From: Actinomycetes bacterium
GTDB lineage: Bacteria; Actinomycetota; Acidimicrobiia; IMCC26256; PALSA-610
NCBI GenBank assembly: GCA_025360585.1
Contig: JANYBW010000054.1
Location: 25,847-89,846, forward strand
Reading direction: 5' to 3'
DNA: 64,000 nucleotides
Positions 9,558 to 19,204 of this stretch are shown here, piece after piece. Numbering within the stretch: position 1 is the stretch's first letter; the number at the start of each line of letters is the position of its first letter. Position numbers and translations under genes: made by a program. The notes under the pieces were generated by a model. That model searched no databases and had not been told where the DNA came from. It saw only the letters and a list, made by a program, of their open reading frames with translations.

Positions 9558-10642
9558 AGCGGGCCGACAAATTGGGTTTCACGCTCGTGGAACTCTTGCT
9601 CACAATTTCGATTATGGGGATCTTGGGTGCCGTCGTGGTTTATGGCGCGGGTGATTTTGGCACCGCGAGCGGTTGCAAAACCGACGCGAAACTGCTTCGT
9701 TCTGCTGAAGCATCGTTTTACGTCGCCAATGGGCGTTACGGCACCCAGCCCGAGCTGGTGACCTTCGGCGCGTTGCGTACGCCATCACAGCTGCACGACG
9801 TACAAGTAGCTGGCCTGAATTTCACCGTGACGGAGCTCGGAAAATGTCAGAACTCTGGGACGGCCGACGCTGCAACAATTCCAACCGTGATCGTGACTTC
9901 GCAACAGGGTGCCACCGCGTTCGCAACCGGTAGCGATGGCACACCAATTCCAGGCGTTGCATTTTCGACGAGTCCCTCGGGTGCAGGTTCGTGGACTGTC
10001 GCGGGAACCAGCGACGTCACCGGTACCGCAAAATTGAATGTGGCCGCGGCGACGTATGACATTGCCGCGACCTACCTGGGTGCGACTAATCGCTTGCTTG
10101 GCGTAGCCATCAAAAACGGAACGTTGGCGGTATTTCCAGTGGTGACTGCAACGACGCAATTTCGAAGTTCCGCGCTCGCGCCGATGGCAGGAGCGACCTT
10201 CGAAGTGCGTCAGGCTGGTACGACTTCGTGGAACATCATTGGCACTACCGACATCTCGGGCAATGTCATTGCGAAGCTTCTCCCCGCCGACTACGACATT
10301 CGGGTCACGTGGAATGGTGTCACGACAACCCGCCAAGCGATCCAAATCAAACAAGATGGCGATGTCCTGTTTCGCACAACGGTGCTCGCCACCAAGGTCA
10401 TGGACTCCAGTGGTGCCGCGATCTCCAAAGCTTCGGTCACCATCACTGCGGTCGGCATTGCGAATTCGGCAGTCGCCTTGACGACCGATGCGACGGGGTG
10501 GGCCCGTACTGAAGTGCTCCCCGGTAGCTATGACGACGCGGTTCGCTATATGCCGGCAGGTTCGAGCGTCGCGAACACCGCGACCATGAACGCGGTCCCG
10601 GTGGGCGCGACCACTGTCAACGTTGAAATCAGGGTGGCGTAA
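9554..10642 (+). CDS. type IV pilin-like protein with three beta-sandwich (CarboxypepD_reg-like) repeats
   Basis: Short leader MKRADKLG, then FTLVELLLTISIMGILGAVVVYG (canonical). Three modules follow with the pattern TD.(S/T)G.....L.P..YD. ATG 9554 overlaps the upstream stop (ATGA). Confidence 0.7.
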   Translation: MKRADKLGFTLVELLLTISIMGILGAVVVYGAGDFGTASGCKTDAKLLRSAEASFYVANGRYGTQPELVTFGALRTPSQLHDVQVAGLNFTVTELGKCQNSGTADAATIPTVIVTSQQGATAFATGSDGTPIPGVAFSTSPSGAGSWTVAGTSDVTGTAKLNVAAATYDIAATYLGATNRLLGVAIKNGTLAVFPVVTATTQFRSSALAPMAGATFEVRQAGTTSWNIIGTTDISGNVIAKLLPADYDIRVTWNGVTTTRQAIQIKQDGDVLFRTTVLATKVMDSSGAAISKASVTITAVGIANSAVALTTDATGWARTEVLPGSYDDAVRYMPAGSSVANTATMNAVPVGATTVNVEIRVA

Positions 10643-10643
10643 G

Positions 10644-13600
10644 GTGAAACGGTCGATTGTTCAACAGTTCTTGGCCGTATCCATCGTTGTGGGATCGGCG
10701 CTTGCGGCGACGTTGGTTCCTTCGCAACCCGCTTCCGGCGCCCCTGCCTATTCGACCCTGGTCGCGGCAGTGACTCCGTTAACATCCGGCACGGCTCCGT
10801 TCGATCTTGCCGCGAACTGTTCTCCCGCGCTGCAAGTCGGCGTGAGCGATGTCATTCCCGTGTCCGCGAATGTGACTGGTCAATCCCATTGCCCCAGCAT
10901 GGACATGAGCGGCGATCCAACCGTCGATCGAATCGTGCGGACCATGGACACGATCGATATACGTATCAATTGGTCGATCAGCAACGTGCCGGCGACCAGT
11001 GGGTATTCGATCGGTGGCGTGAACGCGGATACGAATGTCGTTGTGCAGTCGACGCTGCCGCTCGGCACGCAAGGATTGCCAGCTGCGGTTTGGCTTGCGA
11101 TTCCAACGGGGTGCTACACCTCATCGACCGGAACCCCCGCGGTGACGCCGTTGTCGAGCGTTAGTAACTCAAGCCGAACGCTGACGTGCAATTTGGGTCA
11201 TCGATCAACTGGCTCAATCGGCAATATCACCGCGACGCTCCAGACGCGCGGTAACGCGGGCGACGGTCAACAGTTGGACATCATCGCGACGATGTACTCC
11301 GCGACGACCAAGGCCGCCGTGGTGCCTGATGCCGCAAGCGCGCCGCAAACGTTTTGGAGCTCGGCCGCTCCGCGATACAATCTGAAGCTCGATTCGGCGA
11401 CGATGCAATCCAAATTCCCGGTGTACGGTCCGGCGCACGAATTGGGCCGGCTCATGATTTTGGGTGCGGTCGTGCCGTCGGCACGAGGTCAAGAAACCTT
11501 GTTGGCCAGTTCATGGGCCGGCGGGAATTCAGTACCGACCGGTACACCGCTCAGCCTTGATATCGATATGTCTGCGTTCAGTTCCGTCGCCGCGGCGGAT
11601 GGAAATGGCACCATCGGTGGTCGATCGGTGCTCTACACGTGGGGACGATCCGGCAACGGTTGCGGTTCCGCAGGTGGCGCGTCGGCCGCGCCAAACGCTG
11701 CACCGCTGCTGAATGACTTTTACTGGGGGGTGACAGGGGCCGGTGGCTCAAACGCGAAAGTGAAATGTGCGCAAGTGGGCGGAGCTGGGGGCAATATTCA
11801 TATCGATGCCTTCGGTGCGGACTCGTCGCTCTCTGGCGCGCCACCAGCGATCTGGGGAGGCTGGGTCGCGATTTGGATTCCGGTCGCGGCGATCCCGGCA
11901 ACCCCTCCTTCGGTACTGGCACGGGTCTCGCACTTCGATCCGCAATCGATGCCGAGTGCGAACTTTCCAAACGGTCAATCGAATTTCGGTGGATCAGGAG
12001 AATTGTGTTCACTCGTCGCCGTTGGTGGAAACAACCCTGTCAATTGTGAACCGGGGCTTGTCATTAGCGCCTCGCAGACCGCGCACACGGCCGCAAACGA
12101 CAACGAAGGCTATGGAAGCGTCGTGCTGGCGGCGGCTTCGAGCAGCCAAACTGGGATGTTCCTGTTGGATCAAGACGTTCGCGCCGGAAGCAACGTTGGT
12201 GTTTTGGCGACTGAACCCACGAGTCCCGGCACGACCGGTATCAGCTACGGCCATGGTTATAGCGATTCAAATTTGCAAGTTCGATCCGGAGAGACATTCC
12301 TTTCGTCCGTCAGCATCGGTAACAACGGTGGTGGCGTCAACAGCGCCGCAGCAACGTGCAATAAGTGGGACAACCGAACGCTGACGTTGACCGATTTCGG
12401 TGACCTGACGAATCCTGTGGCTGCAACCCAAGGCAACCCCTCATACACAGCGAGCACGTGGGCGGTCGTGAACACCAGCGGCACCTTGCCCGATGTCTGG
12501 CATCCGAAAAACGGTTGGAATCGAAGCGCGCCATTTAACGTAACGACGCCCCATAACTTGCAGGCCGACCCCGCGTATTACGCGCTGGAGTTTGGAGCCG
12601 GTGAATACGATCCGTACACTCCGGCTCCGACCGCGCCCGCTCAACTCGCAATGCGCAACGCAACTTGTCGGAATCAGGATTCCCCAGCTGGTTGGTTCAC
12701 GAATCCGTTGGACCCAGCGATCCAAGCCTGGATCGACGCAACCTATGGCGCTGGATCAGGTATCGCTCCCAAAGATGTGGTGAACAAAGCGCGAATTCGG
12801 TTACTCGACCCGCTTGGCCCCGATTCCTATGTCGATATGGCCGTGCGGTTGACGGCTCGTTCGACGTTTGGTCCGACGGCACCGATGCCCCTGAAGAACA
12901 CTGCGATCCCATACGGCACCCGACTTGCCGCGCAGGGCGCGTACACCGACTCGATTCTTGCCTCGCGTTCTGGTGCTCAATACATCAACGGTTGGTGGGT
13001 CGGAACCTACGACCCTGGGACCGACGGCGGAGCCGTCGGGGATCGCATGTCACTCAGTGGACTCGACACTCGTGAGCGCGTGTACTCGCTGTGGAACAGT
13101 CCGGTGGGGTTGAACGGAACGCCAACGGTGATCGCTGGTCAAGATGTTTGGTGGAGGGTCGACACGACGGCGTTTTCGTTGATCCAACGATTGCCCGCTG
13201 GACAGCCTGCATATCCGTTGCGCTCGGTCACCGTCGTTCCTGCATCATTGACGTATGTTCCGGGAACTGGCTGCAAAATCGCTCCGACGTATGTGCCGAC
13301 CACACCCTGTGCGACCCGGATGGATCCTGCATCGGTAATTGCGAACGCAGACGGCACGACGACATTGGTCTGGGACATCGGAAATGTCGTTGCGACGAAT
13401 GCGGGTCTGATGGTGTCGGTGATCTTCCGGACGACCACAGACCCACTCACGAACTCAGGAACGCTCGCGGCCGTGCAGTCGTTGAGCGAATCAGTGAACT
13501 CGAATGGCACGAGCAACGATCGCTATCCCGCGTGCCAAAACGCCACAGTCGCTAGGACCAATCGAGCTATCCCAATCACAGGGTACGGCCCAGCGGAAAC

Positions 13601-15167
13601 GCTGGCGATCCCGACGGTGCAGTGTGATACGGGCGCGTACAACTATCGGCTTGGGATGCAGCCTGTCACGATCAACAACGCAGCAAGCTACGCCGTTTCC
13701 GGTCGGGTTGCCGCGCAACAAATCGAGGTGAACGATGCCGACGACGGCACCGGTACCAAAGTGGCGTACACGATCACCGCGAAGAACTTTGACACCGCGG
13801 CGGTGCCTGATTCCGATGTGATCATGGTGTTGCCGTTTGTCGGCGACGCAAGAATTCCGTCGAGCGCGTTTTCAGGAACCCTTGGTTTGCAAGGCGTATC
13901 GACAACGGACGTCACCGCAGCCACTGCGAACCCACTACCGACAAGTAGCGGTGCCGTGCCGAACCAACCCGCCGGAACGACGTTCTACTTCACGTCGGCG
14001 CTGCCAAACACCATCAATGGAGACGCATGGACGAGCAGCAACCTCGCGAGTGGCGCAACGAAGTGGTGCTTGCAAAATCAGTTTGGCTCCAGTGGATGCC
14101 CAACAACCATGGCGAACGCGACTGCGGTACGCGCGATCTCCGGCTCGCTCGCCGGTGCTGGAACAACTCGTGCCTACACGTTGCGATTCGCCTCTACGAG
14201 CAACCGTTCGGGCGACATCTATACATTTCGGGCCGCCGTTCGGGCTTCCAAGTTCGTGTTGCTGAACACAATGCCGGATACATCGATGCAGGTCACTGAA
14301 TCGCAGATCGGCGACACGGTGTGGGAAGACACCAATGGCAACGGTGTCCTGGACTCCAACGAAACCGGGCGGTTTTCCGGTGTTCGGCTGCAGCTGCGCG
14401 ACGTTAAGGGTACCGTGATCGCGTCGACCGTTACCGATACGAACGGCGCCTACCTCTTTGCTGGATTGCACTCCGGTAGCTATTCGGTGCGCGTTGTGTT
14501 GAGCAATGGTGTTGACGGACTGAATGATCGGTATCCGGCGTATTCGCCGAGTTTCGACCTGGACAACGGCATCGCTGGTGGTGCCGATGGAGATCCAGAT
14601 GCTCAAACCGCGGTGGTGCTGGGGCGAGGCCAACCGCGCGGCGATGTTGATTTTGGATTTTTTGCGGGATCGATTGGCGGCGTGGCTTGGAACGATACAA
14701 ACAAGAACGGTCTGCGCGATAGCGCTGAAACTGTTGCCGCCAACGTGTCGATTGGTCTGTTTGGGATCGAAGTCGGTGGCGCAGTTTTGACGCGTTCGGT
14801 GTTGACCGCTGCCGATGGCTCCTACAGTTTTGTTGGTTTGCGGGCGGGGGCGTATGCACTGACTGCGGGTCCGTTGCCGCCGTCGAGCGCGGTCGGGGTG
14901 CTGGGATCCGGTTTCGGTTCAGTATCGGGGGCAACAGTGTCGTCGATCGCATTGGGCACCGGCGCAGCGCTCACCGGCTACAACTTTTCGATTCGTGGTC
15001 CGTCGATATCGGGCACGATCTATGTGGATATTGATGGTGATGGCAAACAGACGGCCGCGGATCAGGCGATCAGTTCAGTGAACGTTTCGCTTTCGGTGCC
15101 GGGTGGTGCGAACCCACCATCGATCACTACGACGCTGACCGACCCGGCGGGACGATTCAACTTCTAA
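10644..15167 (+). CDS. very large secreted surface protein (DUF11-like region plus C-terminal SdrD-B/Cna-B-like repeats)
   Basis: GTG 10644 lies one nt after the pilin stop. Sec-type signal MKRSIVQQFLAVSIVVGSALAATLVPSQPASGA. A TIGR01451-like segment KVAYTITAKNFDTAAVPDSDVIMVLP. C-terminal repeats of the form IGDTVWEDTNGNGVLDSNE...TDTNGAYLFAGLHSGSYSV. No LPXTG motif and no terminal transmembrane segment. Confidence 0.75.
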   Translation: MKRSIVQQFLAVSIVVGSALAATLVPSQPASGAPAYSTLVAAVTPLTSGTAPFDLAANCSPALQVGVSDVIPVSANVTGQSHCPSMDMSGDPTVDRIVRTMDTIDIRINWSISNVPATSGYSIGGVNADTNVVVQSTLPLGTQGLPAAVWLAIPTGCYTSSTGTPAVTPLSSVSNSSRTLTCNLGHRSTGSIGNITATLQTRGNAGDGQQLDIIATMYSATTKAAVVPDAASAPQTFWSSAAPRYNLKLDSATMQSKFPVYGPAHELGRLMILGAVVPSARGQETLLASSWAGGNSVPTGTPLSLDIDMSAFSSVAAADGNGTIGGRSVLYTWGRSGNGCGSAGGASAAPNAAPLLNDFYWGVTGAGGSNAKVKCAQVGGAGGNIHIDAFGADSSLSGAPPAIWGGWVAIWIPVAAIPATPPSVLARVSHFDPQSMPSANFPNGQSNFGGSGELCSLVAVGGNNPVNCEPGLVISASQTAHTAANDNEGYGSVVLAAASSSQTGMFLLDQDVRAGSNVGVLATEPTSPGTTGISYGHGYSDSNLQVRSGETFLSSVSIGNNGGGVNSAAATCNKWDNRTLTLTDFGDLTNPVAATQGNPSYTASTWAVVNTSGTLPDVWHPKNGWNRSAPFNVTTPHNLQADPAYYALEFGAGEYDPYTPAPTAPAQLAMRNATCRNQDSPAGWFTNPLDPAIQAWIDATYGAGSGIAPKDVVNKARIRLLDPLGPDSYVDMAVRLTARSTFGPTAPMPLKNTAIPYGTRLAAQGAYTDSILASRSGAQYINGWWVGTYDPGTDGGAVGDRMSLSGLDTRERVYSLWNSPVGLNGTPTVIAGQDVWWRVDTTAFSLIQRLPAGQPAYPLRSVTVVPASLTYVPGTGCKIAPTYVPTTPCATRMDPASVIANADGTTTLVWDIGNVVATNAGLMVSVIFRTTTDPLTNSGTLAAVQSLSESVNSNGTSNDRYPACQNATVARTNRAIPITGYGPAETLAIPTVQCDTGAYNYRLGMQPVTINNAASYAVSGRVAAQQIEVNDADDGTGTKVAYTITAKNFDTAAVPDSDVIMVLPFVGDARIPSSAFSGTLGLQGVSTTDVTAATANPLPTSSGAVPNQPAGTTFYFTSALPNTINGDAWTSSNLASGATKWCLQNQFGSSGCPTTMANATAVRAISGSLAGAGTTRAYTLRFASTSNRSGDIYTFRAAVRASKFVLLNTMPDTSMQVTESQIGDTVWEDTNGNGVLDSNETGRFSGVRLQLRDVKGTVIASTVTDTNGAYLFAGLHSGSYSVRVVLSNGVDGLNDRYPAYSPSFDLDNGIAGGADGDPDAQTAVVLGRGQPRGDVDFGFFAGSIGGVAWNDTNKNGLRDSAETVAANVSIGLFGIEVGGAVLTRSVLTAADGSYSFVGLRAGAYALTAGPLPPSSAVGVLGSGFGSVSGATVSSIALGTGAALTGYNFSIRGPSISGTIYVDIDGDGKQTAADQAISSVNVSLSVPGGANPPSITTTLTDPAGRFNF

Positions 15168-15199
15168 TGATTTGCGTTGCTTCGTCGCGTGATTGCTGG

Positions 15200-16891
15200 C
15201 TACACGACGAGTGCCTTGGCTGCTTTGTAGTCGGCTTTGCCGTTCGGCGCGCGCAAAATTTCGTCGGTGAACACCCAGCGCCTCGGGTGCTTATAGCGCG
15301 ATAACGCCCCGAGCGACGCTGCAATGTCGTCGCCGGATGCAGCGGTTGCGGGCATTCGGGTCACGACCGCAACGATGGTTTCGCCGAAGCGTTCATCGGG
15401 GACTCCGATCACCAAACAGTCGGCAACATCGTCGTGCAGTTTGATGGCCTCTTCCACCTCTTCCGGGTAGACCTTTTCTCCGCCGGTATTGATGCAATTG
15501 CTCCCGCGCCCGAGCAAGGTGATCGAACCGTCGGCTTCCACCGTTGCGTAGTCACCCGGAATCGACCAGCGTTTTCCTTGGATAACCTTGAAAGTTCCCG
15601 CCGATTTCGTTTCGTCTTTGTAGTAACCACTCGGGATGTAGCCGCCTACCGCGACCAAGCCGACGTCTCCGGAACCGGCGGCGACCTCGCGGCCGTCGTC
15701 GGTGAATACCTTCGCCGCCGCGCCGACGGCAAATTTTGCGGTGGGTTGTTCGATGCCCGGGCCACTCATCGACGACGCCATACCCACGGCTTCGCTCGAT
15801 CCCAACGAATCGAGGCAAAACGCGTTGATGCGATTGAGTAAATCAGACTTCACTTCTGCGGAGAACATCACGCCCGATGAAATCAGCAGGCTAAATGAAT
15901 CGGTGTTGTACGCACGGCCATCGGCTTCAGCGTCCTTCAACGCTTTCAACATCGGCTTCGCGAAGGCGTCGCCAACGATCGCCATTTGGGTAACACCATT
16001 GGTTTCGACTGCTCGCCACAGTTCGTGCGGATCAAACGTGCGGCCTTCCAACGTGACGATCGCACCGCCGCCCATCATCGATTGAAACGAAGTGAACATT
16101 CCGGTGCCGTGCATCAAGGGCGACGCTGGCATGTGCACTGGCGCCTTTCCTGTCGCGACGACTGCTGCGGCGAGCGGGCCGGCTTCATGCGATTGGTCGG
16201 GCATGGTTTGGCCGAACAGCGGGTAGAACGATTCTCCGAGCACGCCAAAGAGATCTTCATTGCGCCACATCACACCTTTGGGCATGCCGGTCGTGCCGCC
16301 GGTGTACAGGAGCAAGAGATCGTCGCCACTGCGGTCGATTCGCTCCATTGGAGCGTGACTGCTCAACAATGATTCGTACTCCGAGGCGCGGGTCAGCGTT
16401 GCTACGGAACCGTCATCGTTGATCTGTACCAACATCTTCAGCATCGGTGCACGGTCGATCACGTTGGCGACTCGCTCGGCCAGACTCGAATGAAACAGCA
16501 ATGCTTCCGCATCGGAGTTCTCGAGTAAATAGAGCAACTCATCTTCGAGGTAGCGGTAGTTCACGTTGACCGGAACTCCACGCATCTTGAACGTCGCGAA
16601 AAGCCCCTCGACGTATTCATTGGAGTTGTAGCAATACGAAGCGACCTTCGAGCCCGGCTGCAAGCCAGCGTTGGAAAACGCCGCGGCCAAGCGGGCGGAG
16701 CGCTGTTCGAAATCGACCCACGTAGTCCGGCGTCGGCCTTGGATCAATGCGGGTTGATCTGGCACTGCATCAGCTACCGATTCGAAGACGGTGGCGAAGT
16801 TCCAATCCACGGCTGTGCTCCTTTCGCGCGCGACGACTGTCGCGGTGATCATGGGTGTTGTTCGCGCCCGGCGTAGCCCGACCGGTTGCAT
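15200..16891 (-). CDS. acyl-CoA synthetase / AMP-dependent ligase (FadD-like)
   Basis: AMP-binding motif LLYTGGTTGMPKGVMW, then GDYATVEADGSITLLGR and a C-terminal NGKADY. The true start may be the internal M at 16852. Confidence 0.85.
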   Translation of the reverse strand: MQPVGLRRARTTPMITATVVARERSTAVDWNFATVFESVADAVPDQPALIQGRRRTTWVDFEQRSARLAAAFSNAGLQPGSKVASYCYNSNEYVEGLFATFKMRGVPVNVNYRYLEDELLYLLENSDAEALLFHSSLAERVANVIDRAPMLKMLVQINDDGSVATLTRASEYESLLSSHAPMERIDRSGDDLLLLYTGGTTGMPKGVMWRNEDLFGVLGESFYPLFGQTMPDQSHEAGPLAAAVVATGKAPVHMPASPLMHGTGMFTSFQSMMGGGAIVTLEGRTFDPHELWRAVETNGVTQMAIVGDAFAKPMLKALKDAEADGRAYNTDSFSLLISSGVMFSAEVKSDLLNRINAFCLDSLGSSEAVGMASSMSGPGIEQPTAKFAVGAAAKVFTDDGREVAAGSGDVGLVAVGGYIPSGYYKDETKSAGTFKVIQGKRWSIPGDYATVEADGSITLLGRGSNCINTGGEKVYPEEVEEAIKLHDDVADCLVIGVPDERFGETIVAVVTRMPATAASGDDIAASLGALSRYKHPRRWVFTDEILRAPNGKADYKAAKALVV

Positions 16892-16956
16892 TCAGCTCTC
16901 AGTATTGCTGCTGAAGCTCATCGGATGCGAGGTGAAGGGCTTTGTAGTGTGGGGCT

Positions 16957-17655
16957 GTGACGGAACGCGGCGGAACCCAACGAATCCCGCGGCCGGAAAA
17001 CGCATTTTCGGGGCCGGAGCCGAGCTGGGCGGGTATCGCTGCCGAGCGATTGCGATTTAGCCTCGATGACGTTCGAGCCGTGCTGGCCCTGCCTCGCCCG
17101 AGCGCGGCACCAATGCGCGGTACCGCATCGCGGGACGCCGCCGTTTTGGTGACCTTGTTCGAACGAGACGGCGAAACTCGGGTTGTGCTCACGAAACGTC
17201 CTGAGACCATGCCGTCGCATCAAGGCGAGATCGCGTTTCCCGGAGGCAAACACGACCCGATCCTCGATGATTCACTGGTCGCCACGGCACTGCGTGAAGC
17301 CCACGAAGAAGTCGGGCTCGATCCGAGTTCTGTAGAGATTATCGCTGAGCTCGACACGCTGAGTACGGTCGCCTCACAGTTCATCATCGTGCCGTTCGTT
17401 GGATTGTTGCGCTCTGAGCCACTGTTGGTCGCACACCCCCGCGAAGTTGTTCGCGTCTTTGATGTGGCGCTGAGCGAGCTCTTCGCCGCCGAAACCCATC
17501 GCAGTGAGGTGTGGCCGTTTCGGTCTGCGATTGGCGATCTCACGATTCATTTCTATGAGCTGATCGGCGAAACGGTCTGGGGAGCGACGGCTCGGATACT
17601 GACGCATTTGTTGACCTTGCTCGCCGACAGCATCGACGCCGTACACTCTGAATGA
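16957..17655 (+). CDS. NUDIX hydrolase (CoA pyrophosphatase-like)
   Basis: Nudix box FPGGKHDPILDDSLVATALREAHEEVGL. GTG start at 16957. An alternative ATG lies at 17113. Confidence 0.75.
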   Translation: MTERGGTQRIPRPENAFSGPEPSWAGIAAERLRFSLDDVRAVLALPRPSAAPMRGTASRDAAVLVTLFERDGETRVVLTKRPETMPSHQGEIAFPGGKHDPILDDSLVATALREAHEEVGLDPSSVEIIAELDTLSTVASQFIIVPFVGLLRSEPLLVAHPREVVRVFDVALSELFAAETHRSEVWPFRSAIGDLTIHFYELIGETVWGATARILTHLLTLLADSIDAVHSE

Positions 17656-17683
17656 AATCGCAACTTCGAAGGGAACTCTGAAC

Positions 17684-19081
17684 ATGAGCCGTCCAGCAAC
17701 GCTTGGTGAACTGCGCGCAAGCGGATGGGTTTCACGCCCCGTTAAAGACGAGTTGCGCGAACACGCGATCGAAGCGCTTGCCGCGGGAACTCCCCTGGTG
17801 GAGGGCGTGCTCGGCTATGAAGACACCGTGTTGCCACAGCTCGCGAATGCTGTGCTGGCCGGTCACGACGTGATTTTTCTGGGCGAACGCGGTCAGGCAA
17901 AAACTCGTACGATCCGTTCACTGGTGAACCTGCTGGATGAGTGGATGCCTGTCGTTGCGGGCTCCGAAATTAACGATGATCCGTACCATCCAAGTTCTGC
18001 GCACGCGCGTCATTTGATCGCGGATCGCGGCGATGAAACCCCAATCGAATGGGTGCACCGCAGTAAGCGTTACGGAGAAAAACTTGCGACGCCCGATACC
18101 TCGATCGCCGATCTCATTGGTGAAGTTGACCCGATCAAAGTTGCGGAAGGGCGCTATCTCTCGGATGAACTGACGCTCCATTACGGCATGGTGCCGCGCA
18201 CGAACCGAGGTATTTTCGCGATCAACGAACTTCCGGATCTTGCCGAGCGAATTCAGGTCGGGTTGTTGAACGTTCTGGAAGAGCGCGATATTCAAATCCG
18301 CGGCTACAAGATTCAACTTCCAATCGATATCGTGCTGTTCGCTTCCGCGAACCCCGAGGACTACACGAACCGCGGGCGAATCATCACGCCGCTCAAGGAC
18401 CGTTTCGGCGCACAAATTCGCACGCACTATCCGTTGGAAACCTCGATCGAGGTCGCGATCATTCAACAAGAAGCCCGGCCGATGGCGGCGGCTGGAGTCT
18501 CAGTCGTTGTACCAGAATTCATGCTCGAACTGATTGCCGAAATATCGCAACAGGCCCGCAGGTCTCCCCACGTCAACCAACGCTCCGGCGTCTCGGCCCG
18601 CATGTCGATTACGAACTACGAAACGCTGGTCGCGAACGCAACCCGTCGCGCGTTGATTGCCGGCGAACGCGAAGTGGCGCCGCGAATCAGCGACCTCGAT
18701 GCGATCATTGCCTCGACCGCGGGCAAGGTTGAAATCGAAACCGTTGAGGACGGTCGTGAAGAATACGTCCTGGATCGCATCATGAAATCAGCGGTGTTGG
18801 AAGTGTTCCGGGCGCGGGTGAAGCCTGAGCACCTTGGAGCGGTCGTCGCGGGATTCGAGGGCGGCTATATGGTGAACACCGGCGAAGATATTCCGACCAA
18901 GGAGTACGTCGAGTCGCTGGAGAAACTCGCGATGGGTCCGATTCTTGCAGATCTTGGTGTCGGCGAGCAGGCCGCCGCGGTCGCGAGTGCGGTCGAGTTC
19001 GTGCTGGAGGGGATGCACCTCACCAAGCGCTTGAACAAGGACGAATTACGCGGGCGAGCGACGTATCGGGGCCGGGGCTAA
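17684..19081 (+). CDS. AAA+ ATPase, Mg-chelatase ChlI/BchI-like
   Basis: Walker A GERGQAKT and Walker B-like GIFAINELPDL. The segment LLNVLEERDIQIRGYKIQLPIDIVLFASANPEDY is typical of ChlI-type ATPases. Confidence 0.75.
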   Translation: MSRPATLGELRASGWVSRPVKDELREHAIEALAAGTPLVEGVLGYEDTVLPQLANAVLAGHDVIFLGERGQAKTRTIRSLVNLLDEWMPVVAGSEINDDPYHPSSAHARHLIADRGDETPIEWVHRSKRYGEKLATPDTSIADLIGEVDPIKVAEGRYLSDELTLHYGMVPRTNRGIFAINELPDLAERIQVGLLNVLEERDIQIRGYKIQLPIDIVLFASANPEDYTNRGRIITPLKDRFGAQIRTHYPLETSIEVAIIQQEARPMAAAGVSVVVPEFMLELIAEISQQARRSPHVNQRSGVSARMSITNYETLVANATRRALIAGEREVAPRISDLDAIIASTAGKVEIETVEDGREEYVLDRIMKSAVLEVFRARVKPEHLGAVVAGFEGGYMVNTGEDIPTKEYVESLEKLAMGPILADLGVGEQAAAVASAVEFVLEGMHLTKRLNKDELRGRATYRGRG

Positions 19082-19204
19082 TTAAATTAAGCGCAAATCT
19101 CTGAGTATCCTCGACAAGCTTGCTGGTTTGTGGCAAGAATTGGGCTTCCTATTACCGCTTGGTAACCCCGGGGGGAGCCAAGCACAAACCAATGGAGGCA
19201 ATGC

